Positions 25,896 to 38,340 of a DNA stretch of 64,000 nucleotides are shown here, one piece after another. The stretch comes from Lobosporangium transversale (taxonomy: Eukaryota). The first letter of the stretch is position 1. Every line of letters begins with the position of its first letter. A model generated the notes under the pieces. The model had not been told where the DNA came from, searched no databases, and saw only the letters and a program-made list of their open reading frames with translations. The translations under genes were made by a program, and so were the position numbers. The stretch lies in assembly GCF_002105155.1 (NCBI RefSeq), contig NW_019029015.1:124001-188000 (forward strand), written 5' to 3'.

Positions 25896-27992
25896 TTAGT
25901 TGTCGTCCTTGGTTGGCGACTTCTGATCCTTGCCTGCAGCGGCAGCGCGTGATCCCGAGTGCTGTGGCCAAATATAGTCTTGCTGGCTCCTAGTATAACC
26001 GTACTTGGCCACGAACTCCGCCACACCCTTTGGTCCTCGAGTGGCATGCGCATATGGGATGGGATCGATCTTGCCTTCGTCGATTACCTTGAGAATAGGG
26101 GTGAAGATCTTCCATGCAGCGTCAAGCTCATCATTTCTCACAAAATTGGAATGATCATCGTTCAATGCATCCAAGATCAATGACTCGTATGCATCAGGGA
26201 TAACAACATCATTGAATCGGCTTGAGTAAGACAGATCCAGGTCAGAGATGATAGTCTTCATACCCAGACCCGGTTCCTTATTCATCATCTTGACGTAAAC
26301 CGCCTCGCCAGGTTGAACGCGAATTACGATCTCATTGCGTGACAAACCCTTAAAAAGGCTACCAGCAACATCCTTGAATTGGATACGAACTTCGGTCTTC
26401 TGCTGATCAAGGGCCTTGCCACATTTGAGAACGAAAGGAACACCGGCCCAGCGCTCATTATTGATATAGATCGTAGCAGCAGCATAGGTAGGGGTCTTGC
26501 TGTCATTTGGAACAGCCTCATCATCAAGGTATCCGGGTTCTTTGCCATCCTCCGATGCGGTGTATTGGCCCAACAAGATATCATCCTTTTGAATAGGTGG
26601 AATGAATCGCAAAACTTTGACCTATTATTTGGAGATGATGGAATAATTTTAAAACGTTAATAAGCAATTAAAAAATTTAAAATCTGAATCATATCTTTGG
26701 AGCCAAGCCGCGGTCCTATCTCATCGCAGCCACATTCCTGTCTCATTTTTCGTCATCATTGGGTCTTTTTTTCCCCTTCCGACCTCTCATACCTTTTCAT
26801 CACGGACATCCTCGGCATCGAGAGAAACTGGAGGCTCCATCGCTACAAGGGTCAAAATCTGTAGCATGTCTATTGATAAAATTGACGATAGCATGATGTT
26901 AGGCTAGTATCATATTTCCCTCAAACATTAAAGTATTTAAAACAATAGCAAAATAAAGTTGTCATTAAAATAAAAAAGATAAGGGCTACTTACGGTTCTG
27001 CATCACATCACGAATAACACCAAATCCATCAAAGTAGCCTCCACGGCCCTCAGTACCCATCTTTTCCTTGAAAGTGATTTGGATATTGTCGATGCTATGA
27101 CGGTTCCAAACTGAGCCAAAAATGACGTTGGCAAAACGCAAGATCATCAAATTCTTAACCATCTCCTTACCGAGATAATGATCAATACGATAGATCTTAA
27201 AGCGGAAAAAAAAAAAAAAAAAAAAAAAAAGAATTAAAAATATTAATCTTGATGCAGATCACTCATCATGTTACCAACAAAAAGATATGTTGCAGAAAAG
27301 TAAGATGAGAAAAAAAAACACTAACCTCATCCTCAGGGTAAAGTTCGCCAAGCTCCTTGGCAAGTACGCGTGAACTCTCAAGGTCCCTGCCAAAGGGCTT
27401 CTCTACAATGAGACGAGTGGTCACATCCTTTTTATAGTTGTTTTTCTTCAAATGCTTCGCAACAGGAATGAAGACTGAAGGCGGCAGAGCCATGTAGAAC
27501 AACCTCGCAGTAGCGCCAGAGTCCTTCTCAACCTCCTGAAGCCTCTTCTCAAGCTTCTGGAAACCCTCATCAGTATCGTACTGGCCATCTTGGTATGAAC
27601 ACAACTTTAGGAATTTCTGAAGAGTCGCCTTCTCTTCCTCGGATTTGGTCTTGATATGTTTAGTGATATGATCCTCAAACTTGGCCTGATCCATCTTGGT
27701 ACGTGCATATCCAATAATATGGGTATTGGCGTTCAGATGTTTGTTCTTATAGAGACCAAACAATGCAGGGAAGGTTTTTTTCGTGGCCAGATCACCAGAA
27801 GCACCAAGCACTAATATCGAAATACGATGTAAAGAAAAATAAGTGGTTAGCATGGCGTACTGAAAACAAACGTACTCTTTTTATTCAGTAATGACATCGC
27901 ATGTATTTGCGGGAACGAAGAGTTGACATACAAACGACAGTGTAGAGGTGGTTAGAGCCGCCTTTTGCGCCCTCGCTGGTTGAAGAAGACAT
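25896..27992 (-). CDS. ZWF1: Glucose-6-phosphate 1-dehydrogenase; 5 exons (27992-27932, 27810-27326, 27195-26994, 26869-26793, 26621-25896)
   Basis: GASGDLA, EKPFG, active-site signature [34 protein letters not shown]. Confidence 0.97.
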
Positions 27993-28520
27993 GACGAGAC
28001 TGTGGTTTGTAGTAAATGAGAAGAAAAGGTGAATGCAGGAATGAAGTAAAGAAGCAATGAATTGAATGAATGGAGAGAGAAGAAAGAGAAAAAGGAAAAA
28101 AGAAAGAGAAGGGCCTTTTCCTTTTCCAACTTCTCACGCTACAAACGTCAAACGTCAAACGTCTCATACACACGCCATCATCCATCATGCTGACACCAAA
28201 GTTCAATAGGATAATAGATAATGATAACAAATCAAAAACGCGCAAAACGCGCCCCCTCTCTTCTCTAGTATTATGCTTCTGATCACCGCCCATGTGCCAA
28301 TACGAATATCCCACCATGGCTCTCCATATTGTACCCCGACTAGGCAACATTCTTTCTGCGATGAGGCGCAAAAGCTTTTTTATTTATTTTTTTTTTATTT
28401 TTTTTTGACTGCCCATATCCAATATTTAGTCACCAATAGGCCTTACTTTTTTTTTTTTTTTTTTTTTTTTTTACATTTTAATGAGTATGAATAATCTAAA
28501 AGCTTCAATACAGCAGAGTG

Positions 28521-29648
28521 TTATGCAACCATATTAGGTGGTAATGAGGCCGCTACAAGGACAAGTATCTCTTCTAATGGTTTCCCTGCGTTTTTAAGAT
28601 CCTTGGCTACTGCTTGCCAGTACTCTCCATGCCGTGGTTCTGCAGCCTTGCATCGCATCACCAACTCTGCTTTTCTTGCCTCGTCACCGTATTCAACCTC
28701 AAATTTGTAGTGCCAGGCCCATGCATCGCCTAGATCTGAATCTGCCTTCTCTGCTCGAAGGAACCACGACCGTGCCTTCTCGACCTGTCGATCGGACCAG
28801 AAAAGACGAGCTGCTGTGATAAGGACATGGGCCGAGTTTTCTGACTTCTTCAAGGCGTCCACAATCTTGCCTTTACGCTGTGCTCTTGTCTCAAGCCAAA
28901 CGGATTCTGACCACAATAAGCCTGAAGTAGGACATTCCTGAAGTGCTTTCGCCATCTGTGCCCTGCCAAAATTAGCATTGTTTCCACGTAATTCGATCCG
29001 TACGGACTCCAACCTACGTATTAGTAGAAATATAAAGTGTGTTTATAAGGATTTGTCTTTTTTATTATTATTATTATTATTTTGAAAAAATGACATGCAG
29101 CATTTTAACACGTACCATAATTCTGGGGTCTTGGGATTTAATAAGCGTGCCTTGTCTAGCAAGGATCTTGCCTTAGTCAGCATTCCAGCCTTCTCCTCCA
29201 GTCTTGATGCCAAGATCCAGAGAGGTATTGATTTCGGACAACTCTTCAAGGCCTTGAGATAATTCTCTCGAGCCTTTTGAATATCACCACGGTCAACCAA
29301 GATTTGGCCCCGAATCATCCATAGTTTGTCTGCGTTAGGGTATTTGGTCAGGCCTACGTCCAATAGCTCCAGTGCCTCATCAATCTTACCCAACTGGCGC
29401 TTTAGGACAGCAGACTTCATCCACACCTTCTGGGTATCAGCCTTCTCTCGTGCCTTAGATAAGAGAAGTTCTGCACGACCATGCTCACCGTTCTCTGCTT
29501 CTAATTTAACTGCTGCCAACCAAATTTGTTCGCTATTGGGATTCGCTTCGAAAGCAGCATCCAAGATAGCACGAGCCGCTTGCACATCGCCCTAAAAGGA
29601 TATAGTTATTAAAATCTAATTTTTTTTGCCTGCTTACTCATCCAACCA

Positions 29649-29684
<36 letters not shown>

Positions 29685-31969
29685 TACCCCAATCCATTTC
29701 TCTTTGGCCCCCATAAGCCACAAGAATTCGGCTTGTGGGCAGAATTTGACAGCACGGACAAGCAATTCTTCCAAAGACTCCCTCGTGCCATGGGCCTTTT
29801 CCAACATTGCTGCACGTCGCCAAATAGACTTTTTGGAAGGGAAAGTTCTGAGAGCATGTGCATAAATCGCCCGTGCAGTGCCATATGACTGGCGCTCAAT
29901 AGCATTTTGTGCATCCTCCATCCAAGTTGATTTCAAATCCGCTTCTTCAATACCCATACCCACAGTGGCGCGGACAATGGCTTGGCAAGTGTTGATAAAT
30001 CCGTTCTTTTCACACTTTTCTGCTTCTTCAAGCCACTGTTCACGACTCAGTGCTGATTCCATGACCGATAGCTTTTTGATAGCATTTGCTACCAATTTCT
30101 CCACATCCTTATTGTTGGCTTCCTGCAAACAGAAAGCTGTAATCCAAATCTCGTGCGATGTTGGGATCTTGGCACGCGCCTGGTTCAAAACCTTCTGTGC
30201 ATTCTCATATGTCTCCAAACGTGCTAGCGCAATCCACAACTCCACAGAAAGCGGTACTAATTCAACTGCACGCGCAAGCAAAATGCGGGCGTTATTGGGA
30301 TCGTCCTCAAGTTCCACAGCAGTTTTCCAGAGCCTCACAGAATTGGGGACAAAGTCAAGTGCACGCCGAATAACCGTCTTTTTGGCCTTAACTGTTGTCT
30401 CAAGCTGTGCAGCATGAAGCCAAATCTTGACTGAGTGTGGAATCTGTTTAACTGCGTTTGCCAAAATCTTCTTTGCATTATCCGTGTTGTTGAGTCGAGC
30501 AGCCTCCAGCCATATATCTTCAGATTTCGGACATTCCGCGCACCCCTTATCTATGATTTGACGTGCATCTACCAATTTCCCAGCATGTTCTTCTAAACGA
30601 GCTGCAGCAATCCATCCTGGCGCATGTTTTGGATTAGTGGTGATGACTGACTTTAGCAAATCACGCGCTTTTTTAAGGTCACCAATTTCTGCCTCGCTCC
30701 TGATCACAACGCTATTGAGGCCTGTCAAATATCCTTTGGGATCAATCGTTGTCTTTCCAGATGCTGAATCAGCCATACGATCCAATCGCATTCCTAGAAC
30801 CTGCTTATTAGCCTCTCCGATCTCTCTGAAATTTGTCATTGTTCCTGGGACAGGTGTAGTTAATCCATTTGTCTAGATGATGATAACAATAACAAAAAAA
30901 GAAAAAGAGGAGAAAAAAAAAAGGAAGAGGGGTTAAGATATGTTGAAAAATGTAGCCCTAGAGGTATGATAGCGAGTTGGACAATACGGTAAAACATTAC
31001 CCGTGCATCCAACGTGGTAGCCATTTCTTCCTGTGCTCTTGGAAGGAGTGAATCAGGAGCGGGCGCAAACTTTTCTCTCAACTGTGCCTTTTTACGATTC
31101 CTTCCAGAGATATTTCCACCTTCAGGTAAGTTCTCCCATTCTTCTTCAGTAACAGCATTCAGTCCACGCTTCAATTCTGCAAACTGTGCTGTAATCTTTG
31201 GGCGTTCTTTGTTAAGCTTTTCTTCCATTTCCTTTTCTCGCGCCTCCCTATTATTACAAGCATCATTATGATTAGTAAAAGAAAGAAAAGGAAAGAAAAG
31301 GAAAAATTAAAATGAATGTCTCCACTTTTTTTTTGTGGTAAATTAAGTAGTGAATTCAACAGTTGACTGACCTTCTAGCCTTTCGGCGCTCGTCCAGTTT
31401 ATCATCAATAGCTTTATAAATTAAATCAGCCTCTTCATCATCAGCTTCATATGGAGCCGTGTCAAACAATCCCGTTTCATTGTCTGGGTCCTGATAGCGA
31501 TCGTCATCGTCATCCCCAGTATCAGCCCCCTTCCGTTTTGCTTGCTCCTGAAGTTTGAGGATATCCCTGTTTTAATATAAATATAAATATTTATGCAAAC
31601 ATAACATTAGTATCCAAATGAGTTATAGTTAATTGTCGGTGATCTCAAACACGCCTGATCAGTAACCAGGCAATATTCTATATGGCCATCCTAGACTTAC
31701 GCCTCAGTAGGACCCTCGCGAGCAGGACCAATATCGGACCGAGTGGTGAATCCAGTTGCACTGTTTTATAAAAAAAAAAAAAATAAAAATAAAAAAAAAA
31801 AAAAGTGAGTTAGCGAGAGAGTGAGAAAAAAATAATGGAAGCCCATGGAAAAACAATCATTAATTCCTGTTCTTTTCGTTCCTGACATGACTCATTACCC
31901 TCGTCCAAGACCAGCAATATAACCTGGGGGCGCTGGCTTCCCCATAAAGTCTTTAGTCGCCCCAAACAT
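28521..31969 (-). CDS. PRP6: Pre-mRNA splicing factor Prp6 (U5-102K), HAT/TPR repeats, multi-exon
   Basis: N-terminus [77 protein letters not shown]-terminal [10 protein letters not shown]. Confidence 0.97.
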
Positions 31970-34900
31970 GGTCGCTTAATAAAAAGAGAGAGAAGGAGAT
32001 AGAGGAGGAGAGGAGAGGAATGAAACGTGCAGAAGTAGCAAAAGGTTGAGAAACTCAAAGTTGATCATTTCAGAAATACAGGAGTGATACAATATGTCAC
32101 ATGACTACCCCCAAGCAATTCGCTGCGCCTCTTAATGTTACGTTTTGAGCGTTACAGGCGTAAAGCGTTATTAGCTGCGCCCAATCTTAGGTATCACTCT
32201 TTCTCTCCATATAATATCGCTTTGCAACTTCCCTTATTTATTCTTCCCTAAAACTTTTTTCCATAGCAATTGTCATCATGTTGAACCAAGCAATAGGTAT
32301 GTACAAAGTAAAAAAAACAAAATAAAATATATATCAAGGAAATCGTAAGATGTGGAGCAGATCAGCGAAAGACAGAGCATGTGGCCCAACGAAACAAGGT
32401 GGAGCACCGGAGAGGCCGGGTAAGGCTTGCTAGATGTCTGATCGGCACATTGTCGAAAAAATATCGATGATTGCCACTCGCAATGAATGCCAATCAGCTA
32501 TCAGTTAAAGCTTGTAAGGGATACAGAAGGCTTCAACAATGAGATCGCATCATTTAACAGGCAGTATTGAGTAGCTTTTATCTTAAAGTTCATAGTATTG
32601 AAGGGATGGTCCCCATCCCTTTTATTCCCAGTGATAATAGATAAATTATGAATATGCAGCTCACCAAAAGATTGCTTCGATACTCAATGTCCTCATTTTG
32701 GCGCCAGTAATTATAGCAGCACAGTATTGCTACATAATATAAGTACATACATGGGATATGTCTTTGATATACAAATATCAGGAGCAAGGATAATAGCCAA
32801 CGTCGCGAGATGATACTTTATATCGAGAGCGTACACAATTGAGCCTTACTTACCGACTCATCCTTGGCCATTAAGCCTTTTCAAAAGCACTGTCGCACGA
32901 CTGGCTCTGCCTGTAGCCAGACGCTATCCAGTAACTTCATAGGTAAAGAAATAAAGAAAAGAGGAAAGAAGGATATATATATAAACAAAACAGGTGATGT
33001 CTTGCCACGAATGCGCACATTATATAAAGCCATGGCATGAGTATGCTCGTGAAAAACATCCTCTCAAAACTCCATCTGTTTATTGATTGGAATAGAGTTA
33101 GTTATAGGCAGCCCCTTCTAAAAAAAGACTGGTTTAGGGTCCGGAAGGGGTAAATCCACATCACTACGTCGTACAGTATAACGACGTTAATACTGTGTAA
33201 ATATATATATATATATATACATATACTATTGAACTGACAGAGTGCTCTACTGCCAATCTTAATGATTAATTGTGTCATACTCATCAACTAAACAAGTATA
33301 TAAGTCCTTCGACTCCGACATTATATACAATATGGAACTTGTTGAAGACCAGATCTTTTTTTGTAAATTGAGTAATTTTAACTTTGGATCCAAGCTTATA
33401 ATCATAAGAGCGGTATCAATGATGAGGTCTTTGATCTGTTCGTCAGTATTGATAATAGCCTGCCTACCTCGGATTGTCAAGCCTCTCTTTAATTTTTTTT
33501 TTTTATTTTCATTGAATCAATGCTTGCCTATTGAATCCTTTTGAAGAAAATTGGTCCATTTCTAGATCAGAGATTACGTCCGATCCTGGATATTAACCTA
33601 ATCCAGTTCAGTGCTGCTACACTCGTTCCATTTGCTCGTATCAGTCAAGCTAGAGTGCAAATAGAGCTATGTACATGTACCATATTTCTGACTAGAAATG
33701 GGTAAGGACCACGATCGGAAAAAAAAAGTGTATTGGTTTTTTTTAACCTCCACAAGGTTGCCGAGAGCTTTCTCTTCCCTACTTTACCAAATGACTCAAC
33801 TACGGGATAGAGAAGGGGCAAGGGGCTACAAGATACATTACATCTTTCAGGGAGCAAATATTCCAGATCTAGATAGGTTTCTATATTATATCTTTCTATT
33901 TTCTCTTTTTTTACATCTTTATTTTTGCTTTAGAGACGCGTGTAAAGACTAGAGATATTTTTGATTTTTGATCAAGATTTTTTATTTTTTCCTCTTTTTT
34001 GATGGGCTGAGTAGCGTCCATTCAAAATATCTAAAGACAGATCATGATGTATACAAAGTTAAGAGTACACATGTAAGGTATTCATCTAAGAAAAGATCCA
34101 AAAGTCCATGGGCTTTTTTTTCTCCATTTGTTTTTTTAAACTACAAGTAAACAACAAATGGTGAGTTGATTTGGGTGGCTGATTTTCCTTACATTCCACA
34201 TCCAAAAGATCTTTTTTTTTTTTTTTGCTTGATTTATTGGGCGTCCTGTCACGACTCACGAGATCTTTTATTTGCACTACAAGATCTTACCCTGCATAAC
34301 CGAAACTGTGCATTAAAGATGGCTCTCTTCTCACTAGAGACCTTGACTGTTTGAACAAAGAATAACTTTGGGTTAATTTTAGAGATCCTCAAGAGAAGGA
34401 GAAAAAAAGGGGGGAAACCCACCAAACCGTTGTTTAAAGATTTATTTTTGTCTTTTTTAAAGCCCATGGAAGCTGACCACGAGGTGTTACAAAGAGCATA
34501 TAATTAAGTTTGTGTAATCTTCAGGATTACACAAAAGAACTGGGAATGAGGTATGGGCAGAGGGAGGCTACGGGAAATACTCTTACTATGCCGCCCTGGC
34601 GTTTAAAGATCTGGGACCTGTCCCGAAATGTTTTCAAAAAAAAGCTGTTCTTTGTTTACATTCTTCACGTACTCTCCTACTTCTTCATGCCCATATTATA
34701 TACAAAGGATGCTTCACTTGCTGTGAAGCCTGGGCTACAAATCTATAGTTTTATGCATTCAGTTATTTCGCGTAAAGGCTCATAGACAATACTTCCCCCA
34801 ACCTCATGCATCTTTCATTCATTGCTCTCTCTCTCTATTGGTTGTACACAAGGTAAGAAGCACAGTAGCTGAATATAGTCTCCCTTGATCAAGCTTTTTT

Positions 34901-36323
34901 TTTTTTTTTTTTTTTTTCATGTGCAGGATGTCCGAGTTCAGGCAAGACACACCCTTTGTGAGCAAAAGTATAATCACTGGAGGCGAAGTCCACTGTTTAT
35001 TGTCAGCATTTGAGCTCAGGAAGATGACATGGTCCCACCCAGACCTACATTTATGGATTAAGGACCACTCCACTGAAAAAGGTTTTTATTGTACAAATAT
35101 ATATATTATATTTACTGGGCGCTGGCTATTGCCAAATGCTGTGCTGTGGTGTCGTAACGTTGATCACCGGTGTTTATATTTTTATTAGCAACTGTTGACA
35201 CTAGAAAGATTACAGGAGCACAAGAAAATGGGCTAGTCGACAAAGAGGAAAGCCCCAGCCTTTGCATTATTATCATTGGTATTGGTCCAAAAACAAAAAA
35301 GTATAAATGGAGATGTGGATTAACATGCAGGAACGCTTTCTTGAGCAAAATAACTAAGGCCTTTTTTCTTGTCTTTCCCTCCTTTCCTGTTGTATCTTTC
35401 TCTCATTGCCTCTTTCCTTCTCCCTCTCTCTATCTCTATCTCTATCCCTATCTCTATCTCTCTCTACCAATCGACCACTTCCCCCATCCTGATCCTCCCA
35501 GAAGAACCCTGATTCCTGTCTATTCCTGTCCATTATCCTACTCGGTCATACACCTTACCTCTTGCATCTAATCCACATTTTTACCGCAACGCGCATATTT
35601 CTGCGCCTCATCCCACCGTCCTCCCTCCCTTTTTTTAGCAACACATCACGCATCATTGTTATTACCCCACATAGGCCTTAAGATCTCAATAATTGTCGGC
35701 ATTATCATCATTCCGAACAACCACTAATAATTTTTCGACTTCGACGTCTTCTCCACTCACCTTCCCCTTCAACTTGGAGCTAAAACAAGCCAATACTTCT
35801 TCCTCTCAGTGTCTTCTTGATTCAAGAACAACCCTTTTTTTTTTTTTTTTTATCATTGGTATCTAAAGACAGCGAAGGACTAAAGTTTTATCAGAAGGAG
35901 TCATATCACACCTTTACTCATAGGTGAGAATCATGAACTTTATAGCTATCCTTGGCTTTTTTTTTTAACCTTTCCCTCCTTGCACGTTAAATTCTTTTTG
36001 AGTTCATTCTGTTGTTTGACAAAGGGGTAACGGAAGCGACCGTTACAAAGATGAACGATCAAAGAAAATAACAACAGTAACAAAGAGCACAACGGAGGAA
36101 TACAAAATCAAAACAGATGAATGACTTTGACCACGGATGACATCCGTCTCCCGTCAGCATAAACATTATGAACAAACAACGAATAAGACATATTGTGAAT
36201 TGTGGTGCATGTGTATATGAATGTTGTGGGTGAAATGTGGATGTTTTTCTTTTTTTTCCCATCCCATCTTCCCATTAAAAACCCGTGTCCCACTCGTCCA
36301 TTCATTCCACAACATACCGCCCT

Positions 36324-36355
<32 letters not shown>

Positions 36356-37143
36356 CCCTCTTCACTTCTCCCATCCCACATCATTGCCACAACCTTTTCC
36401 TGTGTGTTGCGATCTGGCTCTTTGTTGAAAACCAAGAGTGGCGAGGACAGACAATGGGTGGCAGTTCCGCCTTGCTCCCTGTTTGTGTCTTTAAAGACTC
36501 ATCCTGTGTTGTCATTGGTTGGTGAATGTGGCATCAAACAACCGCAAAGATGTTGCCAAAGCGCGTTCTTTTCCTCCCAACTGTGTGAATTGCATCTACT
36601 TTGTGCCGTGTCATCTTTTTTGTGCCTGTCTTTGTGTCCTTGTATCTATCATCTTTTCTTCCTCCCTTTTTTTTTTATTTCTTCTCCACAATCCATCTCA
36701 TTCCTCCGCTTGGCGTAGCACTTCTTTCTCATATTGAACTCAACCCTGTTTGTCATAGTGCGTGGACGTTTGTTCTCACTACCTCACAACAACAGGTAAA
36801 AAACATATTAATACATCTTTTTCCCATGTTTCATTGGTCAACCTTTTTCATTTGGCACAGCTTACGGCAAGGATGATTGGCGAAGATCTAATACCTCATC
36901 ATACGCGTATTGGAATCAAAACGCGAAAACTAGATGAAAGGTATTCCTCTCTCCTCTCCTGGTGCGCGCATAAATGATGTATTTGAACAACAGTTTTGAG
37001 CATATTATTCAGCGAATTACTCCTATTTTTGCGCGTGCAAGAAACTATTGGTCTGCTTCTCGTTTCGTGTTGAATGGATGAATGAAAAATCAGCCCTTTC
37101 CCAATGTGTCACCCCCTTACTCCTTTACACTACATTTCACCTG

Positions 37144-37174
<31 letters not shown>

Positions 37175-37291
37175 TTGTGCGTGTATGTGTATAAGTGCTA
37201 GAGAATGGAAGTGAGGGAGATCCTGGCTGAATGTGTCAGCAATTGTTACTCATTGTTGTAAATAAGCTCTTTCTCCCTTTCTCATCGTCTC

Positions 37292-37322
<31 letters not shown>

Positions 37323-37503
37323 TCTTCTCATCCTCACATTCTATTCTTGACTTTTTTCTTTCATTCATTCTTTCTGCAAAACAACTTTTTTCTTTTTTTT
37401 ATTTTATTTTTCTATTTTACATCAAGTAGTACCACCATCACGCACAACGCCACTTATCTTTACTTTTTCTTTGTCACACCAATTGATTCTTAAACAGGTC
37501 CAA

Positions 37504-38340
37504 ATGTCAAGTACCAGGAACAGGAACCATTTGCATGCAACCATGCCATTAGCGCGTGTTCATTGTGTTCGCGTACGACAGATGATGGGACGCAAACATC
37601 AGCTGTGGCGGCGAGGGCATTACTCTTCATCTCATGAACACTTCTCCACTTCAGACAACCAGGATATGAACCACCAAGCAAAGATAAACATGGATGAAGC
37701 TTCTTTTTCCTCCTCTTCTTGGATGTCAACATCCTCATCGATGACTCGCCACATCGACTCTAGCAGAAGTGGCTTTTGTTCAGTCGCAACCAAGGGATCA
37801 CTCCATAGGCGCCGTCGAAATAACTTTGGCTCTTCTGGACAATACGACAAAGATGACATTGATTGTTCACAGGTCATAACAGCATCACCAATGGGGACTG
37901 CCTCATCAGGTTCAATCAACGATTATACTTATAGTTCTTACCAGCAATATGGTGAAGATACTTTCAGCGGCAATGGCAATATTATGTCTCCCATTCTACC
38001 TGTGGCTATATCACCGATCGATGTAGACAGCAATATTGTCTCGTCATTCACACCACTCTGCAGCACATATGAAATGATGGAAGATACTCGTTACAGTCTA
38101 TCATCACGATTATTTTCGCACACGGGCGCAAGAACTCATAGTAGCAGTGGTGCAGGCTCTGGTGCAGGCGGAGGAAGCGATGGCTCGGGGTCTGCTCCTG
38201 CAGACATGAACCCAGGAGAAGGAGATGCGGGAAATGGAGACCAGCCAAGTGATTATACTTTCCGGCGTCGAAATGCTATTGTGGAAGGCTCAGAGGATGC
38301 ACCAAAGGCAGAAGATTTCACCAGCTCTTCACCCAAATGA
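37504..38340 (+). CDS. Hypothetical Ser/Gly-rich, probably disordered protein (~278 aa) with C-terminal RRRNAIV motif; probably preceded by a long intron-containing 5' UTR
   Basis: Long ORF in AT-rich surroundings. Acceptor-like AAACAG at ~37497 and donor-like AG|GTGAG at ~35924. The start codon is uncertain (37504 or 37666). Confidence 0.65.
   Translation: MSSTRNRNHLHATMPLARVHCVRVRQMMGRKHQLWRRGHYSSSHEHFSTSDNQDMNHQAKINMDEASFSSSSWMSTSSSMTRHIDSSRSGFCSVATKGSLHRRRRNNFGSSGQYDKDDIDCSQVITASPMGTASSGSINDYTYSSYQQYGEDTFSGNGNIMSPILPVAISPIDVDSNIVSSFTPLCSTYEMMEDTRYSLSSRLFSHTGARTHSSSGAGSGAGGGSDGSGSAPADMNPGEGDAGNGDQPSDYTFRRRNAIVEGSEDAPKAEDFTSSSPK

Noticed and set aside
29878..30417. Long antisense ORFs over PRP6 and other genes
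   Set aside because: Antisense shadows of conserved coding sequence.
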